Assembly (NCBI RefSeq): GCF_030150155.1
Contig: NZ_JASLGR010000060.1
Location: forward strand, 56,813-120,812
DNA from: Nocardioides sp.
GTDB taxonomy: Bacteria > Actinomycetota > Actinomycetes > Propionibacteriales > Nocardioidaceae
DNA length: 64,000 nucleotides
Direction: 5' to 3'
The position numbers and the translations under genes were made by a program. The notes under the pieces are model-generated. The model searched no databases and was not told the DNA's origin. It was given only the letters and a program-made list of their open reading frames with translations. Shown one piece after another: positions 46,843-57,737 of this stretch (the first letter of the stretch is position 1; every line of letters begins with the position of its first letter).

Positions 46843-48366
46843 TCAGTAGGCGCCGTCGGAGGACAGGACGGCCCGGACCGTCCGCCAGATGATGTGGAGG
46901 TCCCGCACGATGGACCAGTTCTCGACGTAGTCGAGGTCGAGCCTGACCGTCTCCTCCCACGGCAGGTCGGAGCGGCCGCTGACCTGCCACAGGCCGGTCA
47001 TGCCCTGCTTGACCAGGAGTCGACGTTCGACGCCACCCTCCCAGGCGGCCACCTCGGCGGGCAACGGCGGGCGGGGCCCGACGATGCTCATCTGCCCGGC
47101 CAGGACGTTGAAGAGCTGCGGCAGCTCGTCGAGGGAGTAGCGGCGCAGCAGGTGGCCGACCCGGGTGACCCGCGGATCGGCGCGCATCTTGAACAGCGGC
47201 GAGACGGTCTGGTCCTCGCCGGCGACGTCGGAGGTGAGGTCCTCGCGGAGCTGGTCGGCGCCGGTCACCATCGTCCTGAACTTCCACATCCTGAAGGTCG
47301 CGCCGCCGACGCCGACCCGCTCGGAGCGGTAGAAGACCGGGCCCCGGTCGGTGATCTTGATGGCGAGGGCGATCGCCAGCATCAGCGGCGAGAAGACGAT
47401 CAGCGCGCCGACCGCGATCACCTTGTCCAGCGCCTCCTTCTCGAACCGGGAGGCGCCGATGTACTGCGGCTCGTCGAGGTGGATCAGGGGCAGGTTCGCC
47501 ACCGGCCGGACATGGATCCGGGGGCCGGCGAGGTCGACCACGTTGGGCGAGACCAGCAGGTCGATCCCGGTGCCCTCCAGCGCCCAGCCGAGCGCCTTGA
47601 GGCCGACGTTGCCGAGCAGCTCGGTGTCGGTCACGATCACGGTGTCGGCCCGGGCACCGGCGATCGCCACCGCCAGCGTGTGCGTGCTGTCGTACGACGG
47701 CAGGCGCTCCCCCGCGACGTCGATCTCGGGTCCGAAGTGGGCGTAGGTGTCGGGCCACCACACCCCGGTGACGCGGTAGCCGTCCTCGACGTGGCGCCCG
47801 AAGGCGGCGGCGAGCTGGCGTGCCGAGCGGGCCCCGCCGATCACCAGCACCCGGTTGAGGGCTCCGACGTCGGCGACCCGTGCCTTCACCAGGCGGGTGC
47901 GGGCGAGCTTGCGGGTGCCGAGCATGCCGAGGGTGCTGAGCGAGAAGAAGGTGAGCAGGAAGAACCGGGACAGGCTGAACGCCGTCAGTGCGCCGACGAC
48001 CGAGATCCCGGCGAAGGCGAGTACGACGGCACGCAGCAGGCGCTGGTACTCCTCGGGGCCCTCGAGCATGGACTTGCGGTCGTAGACCTTGACCATCCGC
48101 TGGGTGAGCAGGCTCCAGGCCACCAGCCCGAACGTGATGTGGACGTACTGCCACAGCTGGGCGCCGGGTCCGACGCCGCGGGGCAGCGCCCAGGCCACGG
48201 CGAGCGTGATCGCGCCCGAGCCGAGCAGCACGATCAGGTCGACCCAGGCCCGGGAGCGGGCGTAGCGCTCCCGCCAGTCGGGCTCGCCGACGACCGGGTC
48301 GGGTCGCACGATCAGCGGCAGCACCTGCTCGGGGGTGGTGGCGCCGGGTCCACGCTGCTCCGTCAT
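46843..48366 (-). CDS. Priming phosphoglycosyl transferase (WcaJ/GumD/CpsE-like)
   Basis: 'KFRTM', 'DPRVTRVG..LRRYSLDELPQLFNVL.G.MSIVGPRP', 'GMTGLWQVSGRS', 'DLDYVENWS'. Confidence 0.92.
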   Translation of the reverse strand: MTEQRGPGATTPEQVLPLIVRPDPVVGEPDWRERYARSRAWVDLIVLLGSGAITLAVAWALPRGVGPGAQLWQYVHITFGLVAWSLLTQRMVKVYDRKSMLEGPEEYQRLLRAVVLAFAGISVVGALTAFSLSRFFLLTFFSLSTLGMLGTRKLARTRLVKARVADVGALNRVLVIGGARSARQLAAAFGRHVEDGYRVTGVWWPDTYAHFGPEIDVAGERLPSYDSTHTLAVAIAGARADTVIVTDTELLGNVGLKALGWALEGTGIDLLVSPNVVDLAGPRIHVRPVANLPLIHLDEPQYIGASRFEKEALDKVIAVGALIVFSPLMLAIALAIKITDRGPVFYRSERVGVGGATFRMWKFRTMVTGADQLREDLTSDVAGEDQTVSPLFKMRADPRVTRVGHLLRRYSLDELPQLFNVLAGQMSIVGPRPPLPAEVAAWEGGVERRLLVKQGMTGLWQVSGRSDLPWEETVRLDLDYVENWSIVRDLHIIWRTVRAVLSSDGAY

Positions 48367-50594
48367 GACGTCCCCCGGCCACGGCCACCGGCGCCGCCAC
48401 CGCCGCTGCCGCTGCGCAGCGAGCGGGCCATCACGCGCAGGAACCGTGGCCCCTTGAGCAGGTAGCGGCCGGCCAGGCGACGCGGCTCCTGGGCCAGCCG
48501 CCACAGCCACTCCCCGCCGACCCGCTGCAACCAGACCGGGGCGCGGGAGACCTTCTGCGCGGCGAAGTCGACCGCCGCGCCGGCACCGACGTACACCGCC
48601 GGCGGCAGCCGCTCGCGCCAGGTGAGCATCCACAGCTCCTGCTTGGGCGCACCGAGGCAGACGAAGACCAGGTCGGGGCGCTGGTCGGCCAGGGCCGCCA
48701 CCACGTCGAGGGAGGCCGGGTCGGCGACGTCGCGCATCATCGGGAACTCCACCGAGTTCACCACCGCGCCCGGGTAGGTCTCGCGCAGCTGCTCGGCTGC
48801 GGCCTCGGCGACTCCGCTGGCACCGCCGAGGATCGAGACCCGCCAGCCCCGGTCGGCGGACTCCTCGGCCATCAGCGGGAGCAGGTCGGCGCCGGTGTGG
48901 CGGTGCACCTCGTCGGCGCCGAGCATCCGGGCGAGCTGGACCACGGGCATGCCGTCCATCACCAGCAGGTCGGCGCCGTCGTAGACCTCCATCGTCTTGT
49001 GCTCGCGCTCCAGGTCGAGGATCTGGTCGACGTTGACGGTGACCACCAGGGCCGGCTCGCGACGGGCCAGCAGGGCGTCGATCTGGGCCAGCAGGTCGGC
49101 GGTGTCGCCCCCGAAGAGCGGGTAGGTGTTGAGGAAGATCGCGCCCCGGTCGTCGACCCACAGCCGCGCCTTCGAGGTCGGCGCGACCTCGTCGATGCGG
49201 GCCTGCAGGCGTGCCACCTCGGCGGTGATCCGGGCCCGGGTGCGCAGTGCCCGAACGGTCCGCCACAGCACCGCCAGGTCGCGGCCGATCGACCAGTTCT
49301 CGACGTACTCGCGATCGAGTCGGCGGGCGTCCTCCCAGCGCTCGGCGGAGGCGCCCGAGCTCTGCCACAGGCCGGTGATCCCGGGCTTGACCAGCAGTCG
49401 TCGTCCGACGGCGTCGTCGTGGTGCTCGGCGACCTTCGCCGGGGTGAGCGGGCGGGGGCCGACCAGGCTCATCGATCCGGTCAGGACGTGCAGCAGCTGA
49501 GGCGACTCATCGAGGCCGACGCGGTGCACCCACGAGGTCTCGGGGCTGTCGAAGCGGAGCATGGTGAAGGTGGTGCCGCCCAGGCCGACCCGGGTGCTGC
49601 GGGTCAGGGCGGGGCCGCGCCGCGCACGACGGCAGGTGAGCGTGGCGGCGAGCATCGCCGGGGAGAGCACGACCAGCATCGCCGCGGCCAGCACCCGGTC
49701 GAACAGGGCTCGGCCCCAGGTGTTCGCGTCGGCGTAGCGCGGCTCCTCGACGTGCACGAACGGCAGCCCGGAGACCTCGCGCAGGTCCAGGCGGGGCTGG
49801 GCCACCCCGGTCACGTTCGGGGAGACCATCAGGGTGATCCTGCGCTCGGCGAGCTGCCAGACCAGCTCGGTCAGGCCGTCGGGGCCGACCTGCTCGGAGT
49901 CGCTGACGATGACGGTGTCGGCGCCACTGACCGCCAGCGCCTCGTCGAGGCTGTGGGTGCTGCCCAGTACCGGGATCGGGGTGGCGTCGGCCTCGGCGGT
50001 GCGCCACAGCAGGGACGGGGAGTCCTGCGGCTGGTCGATCACGTGCACGCCGGTGACGCGGTAGGCGCAGCCGGGCTCCTGGGCGAACGCCCGCGCGATC
50101 CGGCGGGCCGAGCGACCCGAGCCGAGGATCAGCACCCGGGACTGGTGCAGACCGGCGGCCCGTTGGGCACGCAGCCGCAGCCGCCACAGGCCGCGGACGA
50201 CCAGCAGGGCGGCGAAGCCGAGCACGAAGGTGAGGAAGAGGAAGACCCGCGAGACGTCGATGACGAAGAGCACCGAGGCGATCCCGACCGCACCGAAGGT
50301 GGCGAAGGTGCCGCGCGCGAGGCGACCCGCCTCAGCGCCCCAGGAGAGACCGGCATCGGGGTCGCGGGAGCCGTAGAGACCGAGCAGTCCCCACCACAGC
50401 AGTGCCAGCACCGCCCCCGCCACCAGGTGCCCCTGGTGACCGGCCCCGGTCAGGGTGTCGGGCTCGCCGGGACCGAACCGGAGGAACCAGGCTCCTGCCG
50501 CTGCCGCGAGCAGCACGACAGCATCGACCAACGCCACGCGACGTGCATGCCGAGTCTTCCACCCCACCGGACGCGAAACGTCCGTCTCGGACAT
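48363..50594 (-). CDS. Sugar-transferase (PGT)-like module fused to WecB/TagA/CpsF (GT26) glycosyltransferase
   Basis: 'LDESPQL..GSMSLVGPRP', 'KPGITGLWQ'; C-term 'VTVNVD', 'DGMPVV', 'GADL', 'LGAPKQE', 'GAAVDF', 'RAP.W', 'EWLWRLAQEPRRL'. Confidence 0.85.
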   Translation of the reverse strand: MSETDVSRPVGWKTRHARRVALVDAVVLLAAAAGAWFLRFGPGEPDTLTGAGHQGHLVAGAVLALLWWGLLGLYGSRDPDAGLSWGAEAGRLARGTFATFGAVGIASVLFVIDVSRVFLFLTFVLGFAALLVVRGLWRLRLRAQRAAGLHQSRVLILGSGRSARRIARAFAQEPGCAYRVTGVHVIDQPQDSPSLLWRTAEADATPIPVLGSTHSLDEALAVSGADTVIVSDSEQVGPDGLTELVWQLAERRITLMVSPNVTGVAQPRLDLREVSGLPFVHVEEPRYADANTWGRALFDRVLAAAMLVVLSPAMLAATLTCRRARRGPALTRSTRVGLGGTTFTMLRFDSPETSWVHRVGLDESPQLLHVLTGSMSLVGPRPLTPAKVAEHHDDAVGRRLLVKPGITGLWQSSGASAERWEDARRLDREYVENWSIGRDLAVLWRTVRALRTRARITAEVARLQARIDEVAPTSKARLWVDDRGAIFLNTYPLFGGDTADLLAQIDALLARREPALVVTVNVDQILDLEREHKTMEVYDGADLLVMDGMPVVQLARMLGADEVHRHTGADLLPLMAEESADRGWRVSILGGASGVAEAAAEQLRETYPGAVVNSVEFPMMRDVADPASLDVVAALADQRPDLVFVCLGAPKQELWMLTWRERLPPAVYVGAGAAVDFAAQKVSRAPVWLQRVGGEWLWRLAQEPRRLAGRYLLKGPRFLRVMARSLRSGSGGGGAGGRGRGTS

Positions 50595-50660
50595 GCGCTC
50601 CCCTATGTCATCTCGCCGACAAGCTTCCCTCCCGCCGGCCGGAGTAAAGACTAGCGGCCC

Positions 50661-50672
50661 TGACAGATGTCA
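50661..50672. promoter_or_regulatory. TGACA-N2-TGTCA inverted repeat, putative binding site of the downstream NarL/DesR-type regulator
   Basis: TGACAGATGTCA about 60 nt upstream of the ABC/TCS operon. Confidence 0.5.
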
Positions 50673-50731
50673 TGTCGACTTCATGCAAGCTCATCCGGGT
50701 GACCCGGCGTGATCGGGGTCATGCTGAGGTC

Positions 50732-51669
<938 letters not shown>

Positions 51670-51673
<4 letters not shown>

Positions 51674-52461
51674 CCACGCTTCCCACCACCATCGACGTCG
51701 GCGCACGCCGGGTCCCGCCGCTGGGCGGCTTCAGCCTCACCGTGCTGCGGATCGAGCTGCTGCGGATGCTGCGCAACCGCCGCACGATCATCTTCACCCT
51801 GCTCCTGCCGGCCGCGCTGGCGCTGGTCTTCGGCGGCCAGTCGGGATGGCAGGACCGGGCCGGATCGGGCAACGTGGCGGCGTACATCCTGATCTCGATG
51901 GCGCTCTACGGGGCCGCCCTCACCTCGGCGGCGACCGGCTCGATGGTGGCGCTGGAACGGGCCACCGGTTGGTCCCGGCAGCTGCGCCTGACCCCGCTCA
52001 ACCCGGTCGCCTACATCGTGATGAAGGCCCTGGTCTCGCTCGCGATGGGTGCTTTGGCGATCGTGGCGGTCAACATCGCCGGGATCGCGATGGGCAAGGC
52101 CGAGATGCCCACCCACATCTGGATCATCAGTGCCGTGCTGGCCCTGGTCTGCACCTTGACGTTCGCCGCCCTCGGCGTCTTCGTCGGCTACATCGTGCCC
52201 GGTGAGAACGCCATGCAGATCCTCGGCCCCGGCCTGGCCCTGCTCTCCTTCCTCGGCGGCGTCTTCATCCCACTGGAGAACTACGCGCCGGTGGTGCGCG
52301 ACATCGCCTACTGGACTCCGATGTACGGCGTCGCCGAGATCGCCCGGGCTCCGCTGACGCACGAGCTGCCCTGGTACGCCGTCGTCAACGCGGTGGTCTG
52401 GCTGGCCCTGTTCATCGCCGGAGCCGCCTGGCGGATGAGCAAGGACACCGCCCGGGTGTGA
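51670..52461 (+). CDS. ABC-2 transporter permease
   Basis: 'ER.TGW.RQLRLTPL', 6 TM; ATGA overlap. Confidence 0.9.
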
Positions 52462-53621
52462 GGATGCTCCCGATGAACCCCAGCACCAGTGCCGCGTCGT
52501 GCGGCCCCGACGCCCCGTGGGCGCGCCGTCCCAGCGCGCTGGGCCCGTGGATCGCCTGCCTGTGGCTGGGGTTCCTGATCCCGGCGCTGCTGCACGGCTG
52601 GGACCACCGCACCAGCGTCTCCGGGGTCGTCGGGCTGGTGGCGACGCTGGCGTTCATGGCGCTCTACACCGTCGTCTTCATCGGCGCCCGCCGCTCCCGG
52701 CAGCGGATGCTCGACCAGCCCCCGATCGGGTGGGCGGTGACCTACCTCGGGGCGATGCTGGCGCTGGCCGCGGTGATGGTCGTCTGCGTCGGCGAGGACG
52801 GCCTGACCGCGGCGATCTTCCTGTCGGTCGCCACCATGATGACGCTGCCGCTGCGCGCGGCGATCCCCAGCGTGGTGGCCCTCGCCCTGGCGGTGCTCAC
52901 CCTGGGCCACTTGCAGGGCTGGGGCGCGGCCAACGGCCTGGCCTTCGGCACCGGGCTCGGCTCGCTGGCGATCCTCGGCATGCGCACGGTGATGACCCGC
53001 AACCTCCAACTCTGGGCCGCCCAGGAGGAGAACACCCTGCTGGCGGTGACCAACGAGCGCAACCGGTTCGCCCGCGACCTGCACGACATCCTGGGCCACT
53101 CCCTCACCGTGATCACGGTCAAGGCCGAGCTCGCCCAGCGCCTCTTCGACGTCGACCCCGAGCGTGCCCGCGCCGAGGTCGCCGACCTGGAGCGGCTCTC
53201 GCGCACCGCGCTGACCGACGTCCGGCGCGCGGTGGAGGGCTACCGTGACCTGACCCTGCCCGGCGAGCTGGCCCGGGCCCGGGCCGCCCTGGAGGCAGCC
53301 GAGATCGGCGCCACCCTGCCGACCTCGGTCGACGTGGTCCCCGACGACCTGCACGAGCTCTTCGCCTGGACCGTGCGCGAAGGGGTGACCAACGTGATCC
53401 GGCACTCCGGCGCGGCACGCTGCGAGATCGTGCTGAGCGCGACCAGTGCCCAGGTGCGCGACAACGGCTCGGGGCCCACCCTCGACGGTGCCTCCCCCGG
53501 CACTGCGTCCGGCTCCGGCTCCGGCCTGGTCGGCCTGCGCGAGCGGGCCACCGCGTTCGGCGCCTCGCTCTCGGTGGAGTCGCTCTCCCCCGGCTTCTGC
53601 CTGACGGTGGCGGTCGCGTGA
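52458..53621 (+). CDS. DesK-like HisKA_3 sensor kinase
   Basis: 'ERNRFARDLHDILGHSL', 'REGVTNVIRHS', 'DNG.G', 'GLVGLRER'. Confidence 0.92.
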   Translation: MRMLPMNPSTSAASCGPDAPWARRPSALGPWIACLWLGFLIPALLHGWDHRTSVSGVVGLVATLAFMALYTVVFIGARRSRQRMLDQPPIGWAVTYLGAMLALAAVMVVCVGEDGLTAAIFLSVATMMTLPLRAAIPSVVALALAVLTLGHLQGWGAANGLAFGTGLGSLAILGMRTVMTRNLQLWAAQEENTLLAVTNERNRFARDLHDILGHSLTVITVKAELAQRLFDVDPERARAEVADLERLSRTALTDVRRAVEGYRDLTLPGELARARAALEAAEIGATLPTSVDVVPDDLHELFAWTVREGVTNVIRHSGAARCEIVLSATSAQVRDNGSGPTLDGASPGTASGSGSGLVGLRERATAFGASLSVESLSPGFCLTVAVA

Positions 53622-54232
53622 GTACGCCGATCCGGCTGCTGCTCGCCGACGACCAGGCCCTGGTCCGCGGCGCACTGGCGGCCCTGCTCAACCTCGAGCC
53701 CGACCTCGAGGTCGTCGCCGAGGTGGGTGACGGCGACGAGGTGATGGCCGCGGTGGCCGCGCACCGCCCCGACGTGGCACTGCTCGACGTGGAGATGCCG
53801 CGCCTGGACGGGATCAGCGCGACCGCGGCGGTACGAGCGGCCTACCCCGACACCCGGGTCCTGATCGTGACGACCTTCGGGCGCCCCGGCTTCCTGCGCC
53901 GTGCGCTCCAGGCCGGCGCCAGCGGGTTCGTGGTGAAGGACACCCCGGCAGCACAGCTCGCCGACGCCGTACGCCGGGTGCAGGCCGGGCTCCGGGTCGT
54001 CGACCCGCTGCTGGCCACCGACTCCCTGATCAGCGGCGAGTCACCGCTCTCCCCGCGCGAGACCGACGTCTTGAAGGCAGCACGCGACGGCGCCAGCGTG
54101 GCGGTGGTCGCGGGCCGCCTCTTCCTGTCGGAGGGAACGGTGCGCAACCACCTGTCGGCGGTGATCGGGAAGACCGGCGCGAGCAACCGCGCCGAGGCGG
54201 TCAGGATCGCCGAGCAGAACGGCTGGCTCTGA
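53618..54232 (+). CDS. NarL/DesR-family response regulator
   Basis: 'LADDQ', 'LDVEMP', LuxR HTH 'LSEGTVRNHLS'. Confidence 0.93.
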   Translation: MSTPIRLLLADDQALVRGALAALLNLEPDLEVVAEVGDGDEVMAAVAAHRPDVALLDVEMPRLDGISATAAVRAAYPDTRVLIVTTFGRPGFLRRALQAGASGFVVKDTPAAQLADAVRRVQAGLRVVDPLLATDSLISGESPLSPRETDVLKAARDGASVAVVAGRLFLSEGTVRNHLSAVIGKTGASNRAEAVRIAEQNGWL

Positions 54233-54264
54233 GACTCAGGATCTCTACGGAAGTCCGGGGCGGG

Positions 54265-54486
54265 TCAGCCGTTACCGGAGTCGTCGCCGGTGTCGTTCCA
54301 CTTCGGGTCCGACTCCCACTCCTCGTTGCGCTCGGCGACCTTGTTCAGGGCGTTGGCCGCCTCGGCCTCGGTGGGGTACGGGCCGAGCCGGTCCTTGGCC
54401 TTGCAGCCCTCGGGACCCTCGACGGTGTGGTGCTTGAGGCAGAACCAGAACTCCGGCTCGCCCAGACCGTTGTCGTTGTCACTCAT
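54265..54486 (-). CDS. Small conserved-looking actinobacterial hypothetical protein
   Basis: 'WFCLKHHTVE...C.AKDRLGPY.T..EA..AL...ERNE.W'; TAGGTT-6nt-ATG leaderless promoter. Confidence 0.75.
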   Translation of the reverse strand: MSDNDNGLGEPEFWFCLKHHTVEGPEGCKAKDRLGPYPTEAEAANALNKVAERNEEWESDPKWNDTGDDSGNG

Positions 54487-54513
54487 GTCCTCAACCTAGC
54501 CCCGTGCGGGCGC

Positions 54514-55239
54514 TCAGGCGAGGTGCTGATGGTGCTTGAGGGCTTCGCGTCGCGACAGCCCCGACAGGTCGGTGCCCCAGCGCTCGACCTGGGCCAGCAC
54601 CCAGGCCGGGTCGTGCCGGGCCTGGTCGCGCAGCGCCCAGCCGATCGCCTTGCGCAGCCAGAAGGAACGATCGGCGAGGTTGGCCTCGATCGCGTCGAGG
54701 AGCAGCGCACGATCGGTCTGCGCCTTGCGTCCTACCTGGCACAGCACCGCGCTGCGGCGCAGCCACAGGTCGTCGTCGCGGGCCCAGGCCCGCATCACCG
54801 GGCCGATCTCGTCGGGGTACGCCGCCAGCGCGTCGCGCAACGGGTGGGTCGCGATCACGTCGACGACGTCCCACCAGGCTCCGGTGGTGATCAGGTGGCG
54901 CAGCAGCCCGAGAAGCTCGGGGTCCAGCCACCCGCGACCGTGGCGATGGCGCAGCAGCGCGAGAGCGGCGTACCACTCCTCACGGTAGGCGACGTCGTCC
55001 CACAGCTCTCGGATCGCCTGCTCCCACCCGGCGCGGGTCGGCGGCTCCCAGTCGGCGAGGATCGGCTTGAGGGTGGCGGCGAGCTCGGGCGAGGTCAGAC
55101 CCCGGAACGGGGTCTCGGACTTCATGTACGCCTGTTGAGCCACCGCCCGCTCGGGGTCGCCCAGTCCGGCCAGCGTGTGCCAGATCCGGGCGACCACCGG
55201 CGTGACGTCAGCGGTTCTCGCCGTCTCGTTCGAGGACAC
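54514..55239 (-). CDS. DNA alkylation repair protein (AlkD-like HEAT-repeat glycosylase)
   Basis: 'AYMKS..PF.G', 'REE.Y', 'WWDVVD', 'W.RR', 'FWLRKAIGWALR', 'LS.REALK'; start estimated. Confidence 0.85.
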   Translation of the reverse strand: MSSNETARTADVTPVVARIWHTLAGLGDPERAVAQQAYMKSETPFRGLTSPELAATLKPILADWEPPTRAGWEQAIRELWDDVAYREEWYAALALLRHRHGRGWLDPELLGLLRHLITTGAWWDVVDVIATHPLRDALAAYPDEIGPVMRAWARDDDLWLRRSAVLCQVGRKAQTDRALLLDAIEANLADRSFWLRKAIGWALRDQARHDPAWVLAQVERWGTDLSGLSRREALKHHQHLA

Positions 55240-55627
55240 GGGTGACACGGTAGACCGCTGCGGTGTGGTCGTAGTCGTCCGACATCGCCGCAGCGAGCTT
55301 GAGGTGTCCCAGAGCCTCGGGCAGGCGCGACTGCCGCTCCAGCACCCGGCCGAGCGCGTGCCGGGCCCAGATGTCGTCGGGGCTCTCCTCGACCAGGGCA
55401 CGCAGCACCGTCTCGGCAGGGCCGAGCTGGGCGCGCAGCATCAGCGCCCAGGCCTGGAGCTGGCGCAGACCCGAGTTGGTCGGGTCCTCCTCCAGCGCGG
55501 GCGTGAGGATGTCGAGCGCCTCGTTGGGGAAGCGGCGCGACAGGAAGTCGTGAGCGGTCCGGTAGGCACGCTCGGGCCCCTGGCCAGGGAAGACGATCGG
55601 CGGGGCCTGGAAGTCGAACTCGGTCAT
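55208..55627 (-). CDS. Small TPR-repeat protein
   Basis: MTEFDFQ...; 'ALEEDPTN', 'LVEESPDDIWARHALGRVL' TPR pattern. Confidence 0.75.
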   Translation of the reverse strand: MTEFDFQAPPIVFPGQGPERAYRTAHDFLSRRFPNEALDILTPALEEDPTNSGLRQLQAWALMLRAQLGPAETVLRALVEESPDDIWARHALGRVLERQSRLPEALGHLKLAAAMSDDYDHTAAVYRVTRVLERDGENR

Positions 55628-55768
55628 GAGATGGGAACCATTCTCAACTCGGAAATGTTCCGCGAGTGCTCGGGAGGGGCGGTCGGGAGTGTCTGCGGGG
55701 CCTCCGGGGGCTTCTTGAGGGGCGGACAACGCTGTTCGCGGGCGGTGTGGCGGAGTTAGCGTCGCCCT

Positions 55769-57139
55769 GTGCTCCCTTCTGTCTCGGAACAGGGTCGGGT
55801 GACGCGCGGGTCGACGCGCCTGGCCGCCCGCGTCGCCTCCCTCACCGCCCTCGCGACCCTCGTCGCCCTCACCACCGGTGCCGCACTGGTCGGCGCGGCC
55901 GGGCCGGCGCCGGCCGCCGAGAACGGCCCGCGCATCATCGGAGGAAACGAGGTCTCCCCGACCACGTACAGCGCGACGTGGCCGTGGGTGGTGCTGGTCC
56001 GGATCCGCACCAGCGCACTGGCCTCGGGCCCATTGGCCACCTTCAGCCAGTGCACCGGGTCGGTGATCGCGCCGCAGCTGGTGCAGACCGCCGCGCACTG
56101 CACCGAACGCGCCAGCTCCCCGAATCGGGTGACAGTGCTGGCGGGCTCCCCCGCCACCGCCTCGATGACGTCGGTCGGCACCGTCGACGCGGTGCTCACC
56201 GATCCCGCGTACGTCGCCACCGAGGACGACATCAACGCCGTCGGGGACGTCGGGCTGATCCATCTCGCCTCGCCCATCCCGGCCAGCCTGGTGCCGCGGT
56301 ACGCCGTCCTGGCCCGGCTCGCCCCGGCCGGCATGGTCGCCGCCACCACCCTGGGGTGGGGGAAGACCTCGGGCAGCGCCAGCGCCGCGTCTGCGACCCT
56401 GAACTCCGTCGGGGTGTCGGTGCGCCTGACCAGCGCCGGGACGCTGCACAACTCCGGCCCGCGGGGCACCTGCAACGGTGACTCCGGTGGGCCGCTGGTC
56501 GCCGGCGGACTGCTGATCGGCTCGACCTCCTACGGCGACGAGGAGTGCGCCAGCGACTCCTTCTACACCGACACCGCCTCGGTCGCCCCGTGGATCATGA
56601 CGACCGCCGCCGGTCTGTCCGGCACCCCGCCGACGGTGGCCTCCCCGCCCGTGCTGACCGGCACCACCCGGGTGAGCGTGCTCGCCTCGGCCCGGACGCT
56701 CACCCTGACGCTGCCGACCCCGACGGCGACCGGCGGGGTCGCCGTCACCTGCTCCCGACCGGCCACCCGGAGGATCAGCGTCCCGTCGCGGACCGTGACC
56801 ACCTGTCGGGCCCGGACCGGCGGCGGCGTCGGCACGACGTCGTACGTCGTGGCGGCGGCGCGGTCGGCGCGCGCTGTCGCCGTACGCACCCTCGCGGGGC
56901 GGCTCGTCGGGTCGGTCCGGGCCGCGACTCCGGTGGCGCTCCGCGCCACAGGATTCGCGGCGCGGAGCAGGGTGAGCGTGGTGTGGGGCCCGTTGCGCAC
57001 CACCGCGGTGGCCGATGCGCACGGCGTCGTACGACTGCATGTGCGCACGCCGCGAGTGCACGGCACCCGGCTGCTGACCCTGCGTTCAGGAGCCTCGGTG
57101 ATCCAGGTCCGGGCTCAGTCAGTGCGGATCACCCGGTAG
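55769..57139 (+). CDS. Secreted S1 (chymotrypsin-fold) serine protease with basic beta-rich C-terminal domain
   Basis: Signal peptide, 'R-IIGG', TAAHC, GDVGLI, CNGDSGGP triad. Confidence 0.88.
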   Translation: MLPSVSEQGRVTRGSTRLAARVASLTALATLVALTTGAALVGAAGPAPAAENGPRIIGGNEVSPTTYSATWPWVVLVRIRTSALASGPLATFSQCTGSVIAPQLVQTAAHCTERASSPNRVTVLAGSPATASMTSVGTVDAVLTDPAYVATEDDINAVGDVGLIHLASPIPASLVPRYAVLARLAPAGMVAATTLGWGKTSGSASAASATLNSVGVSVRLTSAGTLHNSGPRGTCNGDSGGPLVAGGLLIGSTSYGDEECASDSFYTDTASVAPWIMTTAAGLSGTPPTVASPPVLTGTTRVSVLASARTLTLTLPTPTATGGVAVTCSRPATRRISVPSRTVTTCRARTGGGVGTTSYVVAAARSARAVAVRTLAGRLVGSVRAATPVALRATGFAARSRVSVVWGPLRTTAVADAHGVVRLHVRTPRVHGTRLLTLRSGASVIQVRAQSVRITR

Positions 57140-57162
57140 CCACCCGATAGACTGCCCGACGC

Positions 57163-57551
57163 GTGACGGGCTGGCCGGGCGATCGCGTCGACGTGGGGGC
57201 AACCTCACGACGTCGAGGAAAGTCCGGGCTCCACAGGGCAAGGTGATGGCTAACGGCCATCCGGGGAAACCCGCGGGACAGTGCCACAGAGAACAGACCG
57301 CCAACCGGCTCCGGCCGGACGGTAAGGGTGAAACGGTGAGGTAAGAGCTCACCAGCGACCTGGGCGACCAGGCCGGCTCGGTAAACCCCACCTGGAGCAA
57401 GACCAGACAGTGCTCGTGTCACCCCCGGGTGACGACGGCGGCCCGCCGGAGAGCACGGGTAGGTTGCTGGAGGCCACTGGCAACGGTGGTCCGAGATGGA
57501 TGATCGCCCCTCCTCGGAGGACAGAACCCGGCTTACAGGCCAGCCCGTCAC
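57163..57551 (+). ncRNA. rnpB: RNase P RNA (type A)
   Basis: GAGGAAAGTCCGGGCTC, AGTGCCACAGA, GGGTGAAACGG, GGTAAACCCC, ACAGAACCCGGCTTA; P1 pairing GTGACGGGCTGGCC/GGCCAGCCCGTCAC. Confidence 0.97.
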
Positions 57552-57737
57552 GCAGGCACCGTCGGCCGACGTGCCCTATCCACGGCAAGCGCGTGGGGGC
57601 ACTGACGCGCTCGAACTGCGGGGCGGCCCGCCCTCTCCCCTCCAGAAACCAAAATCTTTCTGTTCGCCTGACACGAGGATTCCTCCACGGTAGAAAGAGC
57701 CCGTTGAGTATGACCCATACTTGAAGGGACTCCAGCC

